From Minisyncoccota bacterium (GTDB lineage Bacteria > Patescibacteriota > Minisyncoccia > Phycocordibacterales > DSPV01), in NCBI GenBank assembly GCA_041662545.1, contig JBAZSH010000003.1:1250-65249 (forward strand): a stretch of DNA of 64,000 bases, written 5' to 3'. The notes under the pieces were generated by a model. That model did not search any database. It was given only the letters and a program-made list of their open reading frames with translations, and had not been told where the DNA came from. Positions 1-9,451 of this stretch are shown piece by piece (positions within the stretch are counted from its first letter, which is position 1; each line of letters starts with the position of its first letter). Position numbers and translations under genes: made by a program.

Positions 1-778
1 CGAACGCACTCCGGGTTTTTCCGGTGCCGATTTGTATTCGTTGATGAATGAAGGAGCAATTTTGGCGGCGCGGGAAAATCGCAAAAAGATTTCCCAATTT
101 GACCTGATTCGGTCTATTGAAAAAGTGATGTTAGGCCCGGAGCGCAAGAGTCATTTACTTTCCAAAAAAGAAAAAGAAATTACTGCTTATCACGAAGCTG
201 GTCACGCTTTGGTTGCTTCTGTTTTATCTTTCTCTGATCCGGTTCATAAAATTTCCATTATCTCGCGCGGTCGGGCGGCTGGTTATACTTTGAAGTTGCC
301 GATTGAAGATCGGAAGCTTCAATCTCGTCGAGAATTTTTGGATGACATTGCTGTTTCTCTGGCCGGTTACGCTACAGAGAAAATGATTTTCGGTGATTTG
401 ACCACTGGTTCTTCCAATGATTTGCAAGTGGCGACTGGTTTGGCGCGCGATATGGTGGCGAAATATGGTATGTCGGAAAAACTTGGACCAATGGCTTTTG
501 AAGGCCAATTGGGCCGGCCGATTATCGGTTATGGTTTTGAAGGAGAAGCAGATTATTCCGAAAGATTTGGTGCTGTAATTGATGACGAAGTAGCGCGGAT
601 TTTATCCGAGGCGGAGAAAAAGGCGGAGGAAATTTTGATTAAACACCGGCCGGCGCTCAATGCCATCGCCGTCCGACTTATTGAAACGGAAACTATAGAG
701 CGCGAGGAATTTGAAAAACTGCTTATCGCCAACGGTATTACCCCAAAGAAAAAACAGGACATTGAGCATCAAGTGTAA
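1..778 (+). CDS. ftsH: ATP-dependent zinc metalloprotease FtsH, C-terminal portion (5' end lies upstream of window)
   Basis: ORF open to window start; HEAGHALVA zinc-binding HExxH motif, M41 peptidase-like C-terminus (GSSNDLQVATGLARDMVAKYGMS). Confidence 0.85.
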   Translation, partial: ERTPGFSGADLYSLMNEGAILAARENRKKISQFDLIRSIEKVMLGPERKSHLLSKKEKEITAYHEAGHALVASVLSFSDPVHKISIISRGRAAGYTLKLPIEDRKLQSRREFLDDIAVSLAGYATEKMIFGDLTTGSSNDLQVATGLARDMVAKYGMSEKLGPMAFEGQLGRPIIGYGFEGEADYSERFGAVIDDEVARILSEAEKKAEEILIKHRPALNAIAVRLIETETIEREEFEKLLIANGITPKKKQDIEHQV

Positions 779-784
779 TTTTAT

Positions 785-858
785 TCCGCCCTCTTGGACT
801 CGAACCAAGGACCTACGAGGTATAAGCTCGTTGCTCTAACCAGCTGAGCTAAGGGCGG
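785..858 (-). tRNA. tRNA-Ile, anticodon UAU (AUA-decoding), no encoded CCA
   Basis: Reverse complement folds as cloverleaf: acceptor CCGCCCT/AGGGCGG, D-arm GCTC-AGCTGGTTA-GAGC, anticodon stem ACGAG/CTCGT with loop CTTATAC (U33, anticodon TAT, A37), T-arm CTTGG-TTCGAGT-CCAAG, discriminator A. Confidence 0.75.
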
Positions 859-864
859 GGAAAC

Positions 865-893
865 TTGTGTTTTACTAACACTGTTAATATAAT
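865..893 (+). promoter_or_regulatory. sigma70-like promoter candidate (-35 TTGTGT, 17 nt spacer, -10 TATAAT) upstream of the 931 gene
   Basis: TTGTGT at 865-870 and TATAAT at 888-893 read directly; about 38 nt upstream of ATG 931. Confidence 0.35.
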
Positions 894-930
894 ACAGCTT
901 ATAATTATAAGGTAAATACTCATAAGTTTT

Positions 931-3375
931 ATGGAAGAAGGAGAAAAGATTAAAGTTAAGTCGGTGGTGCCATTTGGCAACGCGGCTTTTTTTGAAAAGA
1001 TTGGTTTTTCGTTGGTTTTAATTGGCATGTTTCTAGTGCCGATTTTCTTTATTCCCAGTATCAGTTTTCCTTTTCAATTCAGTAAGGTCTTATTGTTTAC
1101 TCTAACAACATTGTTGGCCCTCGTTTGTTTTATTCTCGCTCGGCTTAAAGAAGGAGCAATTCAATTGCCGGAAAAATTTTTCTTGGCGGGCGCGTTTTTA
1201 TTGGTTTTGACGAATTTTTTAGTGGCTATTTTTTCTGGTAATGTTGCTCAATCAATGGCAGGACAAGGTTTTGAAGTGGCGACCGCCGTTTCTATTTTTA
1301 CTATGGTAGCTTTATTGGTTGTTACTGCTGCCTTGTTCCAGTCGCGGGAGAAAATTTTTCTAAGTTATAGTGCTTTTTTTCTAGGCGCGTTGATTCTATT
1401 TGTCTTCCAGTTGATCCATTTTATTTTTCCAAATTGGTTAACTTTTGGAGGAATTTTTTCCGGCAATACCGCTAGTTTAATAGGCCGCTTTAATGATTTA
1501 GGCATAATCTTTGGTGCAGTAGCGCTTTTGTCTTTGGCAACCACCGAACTCTTGGTAATTAGTAAGTTTTTTAGAATCTGCCTTTATGCTGTTTCGGTAT
1601 TAGCGATGGTTGTTTTGATGGCAGTTAATTTTTCTGTTGTTTGGTGGGCAGTTGCCTCGTTCACCCTTATTCTTTTTGTTTATCTTTGGGCGGTTAGGCG
1701 GACAGCGATAGCGAGTCCAATTGAGGATCAATTAGCCGAAAACGCATCCTTGCCCAAGCACCAAATTTCCTACGCCGCTTTAGTGGTTTTGATTGTTGCC
1801 TCGATTTTTATTGCCGACAGTTTTATACAAAGTAAACCGATCGGCTCAAGAATTGCCAATACTCTGAATATTACTCAATTTGAAGTGCGGCCATCCTGGA
1901 GTGCCACTGCTGACATTTCTTTAAAAAGTTTGGCAAGTAATCCAGTATTTGGTGTCGGTCAAAATCGATTTACTTACGAATGGTTGAAACACAAACCATC
2001 GTCTATCAACAGTACGATTTTTTGGAATACCGATTTTAATTTCGGTATTGGTTTAATTCCTTCAATGGCTGTGACGACTGGTGCCTTGGGCTTGCTGTCC
2101 TGGTTGGTCTTTTTAGGGTTATTTCTTTTTGTCGGTTTTCGGGCAATTTTCTTTACCAACGGCGATGTCTTTAATCGTTATCTGACGGTCTCGTCTTTTG
2201 CGGTAGCAGCTTATTTGTGGGTGTTCAGTATCTTCTACATTCCCAGCGCTGTGGTATTTGCCTTGACCTTTTTCTTTAGCGGTTTGTTTTTGGCTTCGCT
2301 CTATCAGGATAAAAATTTCAAGAGTCGAGGTTGGGAATTTGTTTTTTCTGATAGTCCTAAGAAAAGTTTTATTGCCACTTTGGTTTTGGTAATTCTTTTG
2401 GTTGTAGCTGTAACAATTGGTGCTGTGCTGGTACGGAAATTTACCGCTTTCACTAACCTTCAAAAAGCGTTGATCGCTTTCAATACTAAGGGTGATATTG
2501 CCGCTACCGAAGCGGGTTTGAAGAGAGCCATTAGTTTAAGTGAAATGGATATTTACAATCGTTTTCTTGCTGAACTTTATTTGGTGAAGATAAATAATTT
2601 GTTTTCTCGCAGTGCCGCTGATTTGAATACTGATGAAGCTAAGGCCGAATTTCAAACATCTTTTGGTGAGGCGATAAAATACTCCAAGCGGGCAATTGAA
2701 CTCAATAATGGTGATTACCAAAATTGGATGGAGGCTGGTCAAGTTTATACCACAGTGGTGTCGTCTAAAATCGCTGGTGCTTACGAAAACGCTTTGTTAA
2801 ATTACAACAAGGCATTGGAATTAAATCCTCAAAGTCCATTAATCCACCTAACTTTGGCTCGATTGGATTTGGCTAACAGTGATAATAAAAAGGCCAGAGA
2901 ATCTATTGAGAAAGCTCTCGAAATGAAACCGGATTATACCGACGCGATTTTTCTGCTAGCCCAAATTGATGCTGCCGAAGGTAATTTAACGGAAGCGATT
3001 AAATCAGTGGAAAAAATTGCCCAAATCGCCCCCGATGATCCAACGGTTTTTTTCCAACTTGGTCTGCTCCAATACAATAATAAAAATTACAATAAAACTG
3101 TCGAAGCTTTGGAGCGTGCTGTGACTCTGTCGCCTGATTATGCCAATGCTCGCTATTTTCTTGGTTTGAGTTATTATCAAATTGGCAAGAATGATGAAGC
3201 CGTTCAACAGTTTGTGGAAATTCAGAAGACCAATTCGGACAATGAAGAAGTGGCTTTGATTTTGAAAAACTTAAAAGCTGGCAAGTCGCCGTTTACCGAT
3301 GCCCAGCCACCAGTAGACAACAAACCGGAGAGTCGGTCTAAACCACCAATTGAAGAACCAACGCCGGCGGAGTAA
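931..3375 (+). CDS. Polytopic membrane protein, O-antigen ligase-like (Wzy_C/PglL-type) N-terminal domain with C-terminal TPR repeats
   Basis: About 12 predicted TM helices in first 480 aa with FGVGQNRFTYEW-type ligase loop; C-terminal half has repeated TPR-like A/Y/L periodicity (YNKALELNPQSP, LERAVTLSPDYANARYFLGLSYYQIG); paralog of 49806..51977. Confidence 0.6.
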   Translation: MEEGEKIKVKSVVPFGNAAFFEKIGFSLVLIGMFLVPIFFIPSISFPFQFSKVLLFTLTTLLALVCFILARLKEGAIQLPEKFFLAGAFLLVLTNFLVAIFSGNVAQSMAGQGFEVATAVSIFTMVALLVVTAALFQSREKIFLSYSAFFLGALILFVFQLIHFIFPNWLTFGGIFSGNTASLIGRFNDLGIIFGAVALLSLATTELLVISKFFRICLYAVSVLAMVVLMAVNFSVVWWAVASFTLILFVYLWAVRRTAIASPIEDQLAENASLPKHQISYAALVVLIVASIFIADSFIQSKPIGSRIANTLNITQFEVRPSWSATADISLKSLASNPVFGVGQNRFTYEWLKHKPSSINSTIFWNTDFNFGIGLIPSMAVTTGALGLLSWLVFLGLFLFVGFRAIFFTNGDVFNRYLTVSSFAVAAYLWVFSIFYIPSAVVFALTFFFSGLFLASLYQDKNFKSRGWEFVFSDSPKKSFIATLVLVILLVVAVTIGAVLVRKFTAFTNLQKALIAFNTKGDIAATEAGLKRAISLSEMDIYNRFLAELYLVKINNLFSRSAADLNTDEAKAEFQTSFGEAIKYSKRAIELNNGDYQNWMEAGQVYTTVVSSKIAGAYENALLNYNKALELNPQSPLIHLTLARLDLANSDNKKARESIEKALEMKPDYTDAIFLLAQIDAAEGNLTEAIKSVEKIAQIAPDDPTVFFQLGLLQYNNKNYNKTVEALERAVTLSPDYANARYFLGLSYYQIGKNDEAVQQFVEIQKTNSDNEEVALILKNLKAGKSPFTDAQPPVDNKPESRSKPPIEEPTPAE

Positions 3376-3381
3376 AATTAA

Positions 3382-5055
3382 ATGGTTAAAAAATTTTTCA
3401 ATTTGCTTGGCAAAGAATTTGTCGGCCTTCACGAAGCGGCTTATCTTTTGGCATTTTTCACTCTTCTTTCCCAGATACTTGGTTTGGTCCGAGACCGGTT
3501 GTTAGCTAGCACTTTTGGCGCTTCGGCGGCGTTAGATTCATATTACGCCGCCTTCCGGATACCAGATTTAATTTTTGTAGCCATTGCCTCTATAGTTTCC
3601 GTTTCAATTTTGGTGCCGTTTATCATTGAACGACTCCGAAGAAGTGAGACCGAGACGCGAGAATTCCTAGACGCGATTTTTTCTTTTTTCGCAGTTTTGA
3701 TGGTAATTGTTAGCGCGTCATTTTTTCTGCTAACCCCTAAATTACTGACTATGATTTTTCCGAAAATAATCGCCGGCCAATACAGCGCTGAACTTATTAT
3801 GATGACCCGCTGGATGTTACTTTCACCGATTTTGCTCGGTTTGTCCAATCTTTTGGCTTCGGTTACTCAAGCCAAACATCGTTTTTTTTCTTATGCCATT
3901 AGTCCAGTTTTTTACAATGCCGGAATAATTTTTGGTTTGTTGGTTTTTTATCCATTGTTTGGCTTGGTTGGTCTGGCTTTGGGTGTGGTGTTGGGTGCAG
4001 CCCTTCACTTAATCGTTCAAATAATTTCCGTCGGCAAATTATTCCCGCGTTTTCGTTTACCGTTCAATTTTCAAATTATCAAACAAGTGGTGGCTTTGTC
4101 TTTTTCCCGAACTCTAGCTCTTTCGGCTAGTCAGATTGCTTTGTTGGCGCTTGTCGCTTTTGCTGCTTATCTAGCGGTTGGTTCGGTTTCAGTTTTTAAT
4201 TTTTCCTGGAATTTACAGTCAGTGCCACTGGCCATCGTCGGCGCTAGTTATACGGTGGCGCTTTTTCCAACCATCAGTCGTTTATTTGGCGCCGGTGAAA
4301 AAGAAAAGTTTTTTCAAGAAATGCTTACTGCTGCCCGCCACATTACTTTTTGGTCGGTGCCAATAATTATTTTATTTATCGTTTTGCGTGCCCAAATTGT
4401 TCGGACAGTTTTGGGTTCTGGTAATTTTGATTGGGCCGACACCCGTTTAACCGCTGCCGCTTTGGCACTTTTTTCAATTTCCATCCTTTCCCAGTCACTG
4501 ATTTTGCTTTTTGTCCGCGGCTATTATGCTGGTGGCAACACCAAAAAACCACTGATTATAAATTTATTTTCGGCGGCACTGATTGTAATTTTAGCTTTCA
4601 GTTTTCTTTGGTTGTTCAAACGGTGGGAATTTTTCCGTTATTTTACAGAGAGTTTGTTGAGAGTAGACAGTGTTGCTGGCGCTGAAGTGCTGATGTTACC
4701 GTTGGGTTTTTCGGTGGCGCAGATTATCAATGCTTCAATTTTCTGGTTTTATTTCGCCCGCCGTTTTCCTACTTTTTCACCGATTGTCAGCCGGACTTTT
4801 TTCGAAATTTTTTCTACCTCGGTCATTATGGGCTTTGTCGCTTATCGGGCGCTCAATGTTTTTGATAAAATTTTTAATCTTGAAACTTTGCTCGGGGTTT
4901 TTCTGCAGGGTTTTTTCTCCGGTCTTATGGGTATTGCGGTTGGCGTTTTTGTCTTAGTGTTGCTGAAAAATAGAGAACTTAAAGAAGTTTGGATTACTCT
5001 TCATCACAAAATCTGGAAAGCCAAACCCATTGCTCCCGAGCCGGAGAGTTTGTAA
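3382..5055 (+). CDS. murJ: Lipid II flippase MurJ (MviN family)
   Basis: N-terminal LLASTFGASAALDSYYAAFRIPDLIF signature of MurJ; 14-TM MOP-superfamily architecture. Confidence 0.8.
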   Translation: MVKKFFNLLGKEFVGLHEAAYLLAFFTLLSQILGLVRDRLLASTFGASAALDSYYAAFRIPDLIFVAIASIVSVSILVPFIIERLRRSETETREFLDAIFSFFAVLMVIVSASFFLLTPKLLTMIFPKIIAGQYSAELIMMTRWMLLSPILLGLSNLLASVTQAKHRFFSYAISPVFYNAGIIFGLLVFYPLFGLVGLALGVVLGAALHLIVQIISVGKLFPRFRLPFNFQIIKQVVALSFSRTLALSASQIALLALVAFAAYLAVGSVSVFNFSWNLQSVPLAIVGASYTVALFPTISRLFGAGEKEKFFQEMLTAARHITFWSVPIIILFIVLRAQIVRTVLGSGNFDWADTRLTAAALALFSISILSQSLILLFVRGYYAGGNTKKPLIINLFSAALIVILAFSFLWLFKRWEFFRYFTESLLRVDSVAGAEVLMLPLGFSVAQIINASIFWFYFARRFPTFSPIVSRTFFEIFSTSVIMGFVAYRALNVFDKIFNLETLLGVFLQGFFSGLMGIAVGVFVLVLLKNRELKEVWITLHHKIWKAKPIAPEPESL

Positions 5056-5068
5056 ATATATTTTAAAT

Positions 5069-5797
5069 ATGGAATCAGAATTGTATAAAGTAAAAACACC
5101 AATTTTTGAAGGATCGTTAGAGCTTTTGCTTAATTTGATTGAGAAGCGCAAACTTTTAATTAACGAAATCTCTTTGGCTGAGGTGGCAGATGATTTTATT
5201 GCGCACGCTAAAGGTTTAGATAAATTTCCGGTGGCAGAAAGTGCAAATTTTATTTTAGTCGCTTCTACTCTGGTGTTAATAAAATCTCGCTCTTTATTGC
5301 CCGTATTAACTTTGACTGAAGAAGAGGAGAGTAGTGTGGCTGATTTGGAAAGACGGCTAAAAATTTATCAGCGGACGCGCGAGCTTAGCCGAGGGGTTGG
5401 CGCTTTATTCGGAAAACGACCGATTTTTTTACCAAGACCGCCTGAACGAGCACCGGTTTTTTCGCCGGACAGCCGTTTGTCCGTTGTTTTTGTTGCCGGA
5501 CTTATCAGAGAAATTTTGAAAAATTTACCTAAAACAGAAAAGTTGACACGGGCAGTGGTGGAAAAGGTGGTGAGTTTGGAAGAGATGATCGAGAACCTAA
5601 CCCAGCGGGTAAACACTTGTTTAAAAATGAATTTTCGCGATTTTGCTAAAATTGGTAAAGAGAAAAAAGTGAATGTTGTCGTTAGTTTTTTGGCGATGCT
5701 GGAATTGGTGAAGCAGGGGGTGATTGCGGTTACCCAAAATGAAAACTTTGGCGACATTGAGATGGAAACGGAAAATCTCGGTGTGCCGAAGTATTAA
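5069..5797 (+). CDS. scpA: Segregation and condensation protein A (ScpA)
   Basis: FEGSLELLLNLIEKRKLLINEISLAEVADDF N-terminal ScpA motif; start moved to ATG 5069 immediately after the murJ stop. Confidence 0.75.
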   Translation: MESELYKVKTPIFEGSLELLLNLIEKRKLLINEISLAEVADDFIAHAKGLDKFPVAESANFILVASTLVLIKSRSLLPVLTLTEEEESSVADLERRLKIYQRTRELSRGVGALFGKRPIFLPRPPERAPVFSPDSRLSVVFVAGLIREILKNLPKTEKLTRAVVEKVVSLEEMIENLTQRVNTCLKMNFRDFAKIGKEKKVNVVVSFLAMLELVKQGVIAVTQNENFGDIEMETENLGVPKY

Positions 5798-5829
5798 GAT
5801 TTACAAAAATTATTTATCCGCTTATACTT

Positions 5830-6303
5830 TTGTTTATGAAAAAAACTTGGACAAAGCCGAGAAGTGACACGATTTCATGGGACGAGTGTTTTATGCGCAT
5901 AGCAAAAGTTATCGCCCTGCGTTCCAAAGACCCCTCAACTCAGACCGGAGCGGTGGTGGTAAATGAAAAAAATATAGTGGTTGGTCTGGGTTATAATGGT
6001 TTTCCCCGAGGAATTGATAGTAAGGATTTGCCTTGGGATAGAGAAGGTGATTTTGAGAAAACCAAATATGCTTATGTTTGTCATTCCGAAGAAAATGCCA
6101 TCTACAACTCCAATGCTTCCACCGAGGGTTGCAAAATCTATTGCACTTTGTTTCCTTGCAACGAATGTGCTAAAACGATTATTCAAAATGGCATAATTGA
6201 AGTAATTTATGAAAGTGACAAATACGCTGGGACATCGATTACTAGGGCGTCAAAAAGATTATTTAAACTCGCTGGAATTAAAATGAGACAATGGCGAAAA
6301 TAA
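5830..6303 (+). CDS. dCMP deaminase (cytidine/deoxycytidylate deaminase family)
   Basis: Zinc ligand motifs HSEENAI (HxE) and PCNECAKTI (PCxxC). Confidence 0.75.
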   Translation: MFMKKTWTKPRSDTISWDECFMRIAKVIALRSKDPSTQTGAVVVNEKNIVVGLGYNGFPRGIDSKDLPWDREGDFEKTKYAYVCHSEENAIYNSNASTEGCKIYCTLFPCNECAKTIIQNGIIEVIYESDKYAGTSITRASKRLFKLAGIKMRQWRK

Positions 6304-6839
6304 TTTTAGGATTGGTGGGACCGATTGCTAGCGGCAAAGACACGGTCAAAAAATATTTGGAGAAAAAATACGGCGCTACTGGTTGCCGTTTTTCTACTAT
6401 TTTGCGGGATATTTTGGCGAGAGTTGATTTGCCCAATAGCCGAGAAAATATGCAGGGGCTTTCCACTATTTTGCGGCAAAGGTTTGGCGAAGATATTTTG
6501 GCGAAAGCCATAGCTACTGATGCGGTTAAATTAAAAAGTAATATCGTGGTGGTGGATGGCGTCCGGCGGTTGGCGGATATAAAATTTTTGCAACGGGCGG
6601 CTGGTTTCGTTTTGGTGGCGATTGATGCCGATTCAAAAATTCGCTATCAACGCTTGGTAAAACGAAATGAAAATGCCGGCGACGGCAAAAAAACTTATAC
6701 TCAATTTCTCAAAGATCACCAATACGAAACCGAATTGGACATTCCTAAATTAATGAAAAAAGCCAAGCGTAAATTAGACAATGGTGGTGAATTAGTTGAT
6801 TTGCAAAAGCAAATTGATGAACTGGTAGAAAAATTCTAA
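6291..6839 (+). CDS. P-loop nucleotide kinase, deoxynucleoside-monophosphate-kinase-like
   Basis: Walker A LVGPIASGKDT (SGKDT as in phage-type dNMP kinases); embedded in dTMP-synthesis gene cluster; 13 nt overlap with upstream gene. Confidence 0.4.
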   Translation: MAKIILGLVGPIASGKDTVKKYLEKKYGATGCRFSTILRDILARVDLPNSRENMQGLSTILRQRFGEDILAKAIATDAVKLKSNIVVVDGVRRLADIKFLQRAAGFVLVAIDADSKIRYQRLVKRNENAGDGKKTYTQFLKDHQYETELDIPKLMKKAKRKLDNGGELVDLQKQIDELVEKF

Positions 6840-7351
6840 GCCGAGGGCTGGTAGATTTTGAAATTGTAATCGTAATCGTTTTTGTCGTCTTTGAGGTGCG
6901 GTTCTTCTTTTTCCAAAGCCCATTGGTTTTGGTCAATGGCGGGGAAATAAGCGTCGCCGGGGCCATCATAATTTACTTCGGTGATATAAAGTTTATTAGC
7001 CAACGGCAACATTTGTCGATAGACGCTGGCGCCACCGATGACGAAAACTTCCTCGTCGCCGATTATTTTCATCGCTTCTTCTGTACTATTGACCGTTTCC
7101 GCTCCGGCAAATTTTTTATCTTTTTTGTCGGTTAAGACAATATTTCGTCGGCCGGGTAGGGGTCTGCCGATTTTTTCCAAAATAGAAATAAAAGTGTTTT
7201 CACCCATCAAGACCGTTTTGCCTTTTGTAGTTTGAGCGAAATATTTCAAATCGGCAGATAAATTCCAAGGCAGAGCATTTTTTATGCCAATAACATTGTT
7301 TTTGCCGACGGCAGCGATGATGTTGATTGGTGGTTTTTTCATATCAGACAA
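6836..7351 (-). CDS. folA: Dihydrofolate reductase
   Basis: IIAAVGKNNVIGIKNALPWNLSADLKYFAQTTKGKTVLMGENTF: classic DHFR N-terminus; about 170 aa. Confidence 0.8.
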   Translation of the reverse strand: MSDMKKPPINIIAAVGKNNVIGIKNALPWNLSADLKYFAQTTKGKTVLMGENTFISILEKIGRPLPGRRNIVLTDKKDKKFAGAETVNSTEEAMKIIGDEEVFVIGGASVYRQMLPLANKLYITEVNYDGPGDAYFPAIDQNQWALEKEEPHLKDDKNDYDYNFKIYQPSA

Positions 7352-8198
7352 TCATTTTCGCCTTGATGGGCGGATGATGCTTATAATTTTCTAGCTTGAT
7401 ATCGTCCATGGTGAATTTTTCCAGTTCTTTAATTTTTGGATTAAGCCAGAGTTTTGGCAAGCGCATTGGTTTGCGTTTTAATTGTTCCTTAACCGCTTCA
7501 AAATGGGTGCGGTAAATGTGAGCATCGTTTAGAGTTAGCACGCATTCTTGGGGTTTCATCTTGACTACTTGTGCCACCATTGAGAGCAGGAGAGCGTAAG
7601 AGGCGATATTAAATGGTACACCGAGAAACATATCACAACTGCGCTGAGTCATATGGAGCGACAATTTGCCCTTGGCGGCAAAAAACTGAAAAATCATATG
7701 ACAAGGTGGCAAAGCCATTTCTTCCAATTCGCCTGGATTCCAAGCGGTTACCACCAGACGGCGATCGTGAGGGTCGGTCCGTAATTTTTTGATTAAGTCG
7801 GCGATTTGATCAATGGTACCACCTTTTGGTTTTCGCCAACTGCGCCATTGGGCACCGTAGATGCGGCCAAGGTCGCCAGCAGATTTCGCTTTGGGTTTCC
7901 AATAAGGCGCTTCGGCATTGTCGGTCCAAATGGTTCGATCTTTGCCAGCAATTTCTTTTAAGCGATTGTCATTTAAACGGCCATTTTTGCCACCTTCCAA
8001 AAACCAAAGTAATTCGCTTTTGACCAAACTGAAAGCTAATTGTTTGGTGGTGACGGCGGGGAACCCTTTTTCCAAATTAAAACGCATTTGAATAGCAAAC
8101 AAACCTCGCGTCCAATCGTTGCGACCACGGCGATCTGTGCCTTCTCGTATTATTTTTTTGAGAACTTCATTGTAAGTTTTCATAATTAAATAAATCAT
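7344..8198 (-). CDS. thyA: Thymidylate synthase (ThyA type)
   Basis: RRLVVTAWNPGELEEMALPPCHMIFQFF active-site Cys region; 284 aa. Confidence 0.9.
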   Translation of the reverse strand: MIYLIMKTYNEVLKKIIREGTDRRGRNDWTRGLFAIQMRFNLEKGFPAVTTKQLAFSLVKSELLWFLEGGKNGRLNDNRLKEIAGKDRTIWTDNAEAPYWKPKAKSAGDLGRIYGAQWRSWRKPKGGTIDQIADLIKKLRTDPHDRRLVVTAWNPGELEEMALPPCHMIFQFFAAKGKLSLHMTQRSCDMFLGVPFNIASYALLLSMVAQVVKMKPQECVLTLNDAHIYRTHFEAVKEQLKRKPMRLPKLWLNPKIKELEKFTMDDIKLENYKHHPPIKAKMIV

Positions 8199-8269
8199 AC
8201 CTTTTGTCTGTCAAAAAACACAATCTTTACTTTTTAACATTCATTGGTATGATTTGGTTATAAATTGAT

Positions 8270-9451
8270 ATGAAAGATAGCCAAATTAAAAAACTGATTG
8301 AAACCGAAAAAAAGAGGCAGAAGAAGGTTATAAATCTTATCGCTTCGGAAAATTATGTTTCCAAAGGTGTTTTGGAGGCGTTAGGCAGTGAATTGACCAA
8401 TAAGTATGCCGAGGGTTATCCGGGAGCGCGCTATTACGGTGGCAGTGAGGTGATGGACAAAATTGAACGATTGGCGCAGGAACGGGCGCTAAAACTTTTT
8501 ATCTGCCAGCCGGCGGATCGTCAGAAGTGGAGTGTAAATGTTCAACCACTTTCCGGTTCTCCTGCCAATCTTGCTGTTTATACAGCTTTAGTACCACAAG
8601 GAGGAAAAATTATGGGAATGACCCTAGCTCACGGTGGGCATTTGACTCACGGTCATAAAGTTTCAGCAACAGGAAAATTCTGGACGCAGGTGCCCTATGG
8701 GGTGAATCAAAAAACTGAATTGTTGGATTATGATGAAATAAAACAAATCGCGACGAGAGAGAAACCGCAGATTATTGTTACTGGTTATACTGCTTATCCG
8801 CGGATTATTGATTTTAAAAAATTTAGAGAAATTGCTGATAGTTGCGGAGCGTATTTTATGGTGGATATGTCGCATTTTGCTGGTTTGGTGGCGGGTGGAG
8901 TTTATCTGTCTCCATTTGACTATGCCGATGTGGTGACGACAACAACCCATAAAACACTTCGGGGGCCTAGAGCTGCAATGATTTTTTCCCGTAAGGACGA
9001 TAGGGAATTATCAAAAAAGATCGATAAGGCGGTTTTTCCGGGTTTGCAAGGCGGTCCGCATTTGAATCAAATTGCTGCGGTGGCCGTGGCGCTCAAAGAA
9101 TCTGATACGCCAGCTTTCAAAAAATACGCTCAGCAAGTGGTGAAAAATGCTAAGGCCTTAGCTGACGAGCTGGCTCGTTTGGGTTGGCGAATTGTTTCTA
9201 ATGGCACTGATACGCATTTGCTTTTGGTTGACACTTGGATGAATGGTGAGGGAATTGGCGGAAAAGAGGCCAGCGACCGATTGGAAAAAGAGGGGATTAT
9301 TGTTAATAAAAACACTATCCCCTTTGACTCTCGTAGCCCCGTTGACCCTTCCGGAATTCGTCTTGGTAGCGCGGCGGAGACCACCCGCGGCAAGAAAGAA
9401 AAGGATTTTGTGGAAATTGCCGAAAAAATTAATGAGGTTTTGCGAAAATGA
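8270..9451 (+). CDS. glyA: Serine hydroxymethyltransferase
   Basis: LIASENYVSKGVLEALGSELTNKYAEGYPGARYYGG and PLP-lysine motif TTTTHKTLRGPR. Confidence 0.9.
   Translation: MKDSQIKKLIETEKKRQKKVINLIASENYVSKGVLEALGSELTNKYAEGYPGARYYGGSEVMDKIERLAQERALKLFICQPADRQKWSVNVQPLSGSPANLAVYTALVPQGGKIMGMTLAHGGHLTHGHKVSATGKFWTQVPYGVNQKTELLDYDEIKQIATREKPQIIVTGYTAYPRIIDFKKFREIADSCGAYFMVDMSHFAGLVAGGVYLSPFDYADVVTTTTHKTLRGPRAAMIFSRKDDRELSKKIDKAVFPGLQGGPHLNQIAAVAVALKESDTPAFKKYAQQVVKNAKALADELARLGWRIVSNGTDTHLLLVDTWMNGEGIGGKEASDRLEKEGIIVNKNTIPFDSRSPVDPSGIRLGSAAETTRGKKEKDFVEIAEKINEVLRK

Noticed and set aside
224-808. Antisense ORFs inside ftsH (224..508, 553..762, 602..808 minus), and similar short ORFs within murJ, gmd, neuB, eno, gatB and others
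   Set aside because: They are fully nested in well-supported genes on the opposite strand or in another frame, are low complexity, and have no motifs. They are treated as spurious.
8199-8269. Divergent thyA/glyA promoter region
   Set aside because: It is AT-rich with several TATAAT-like hexamers but no unambiguous -35/-10 pair at proper spacing, so it was not reported as a feature.
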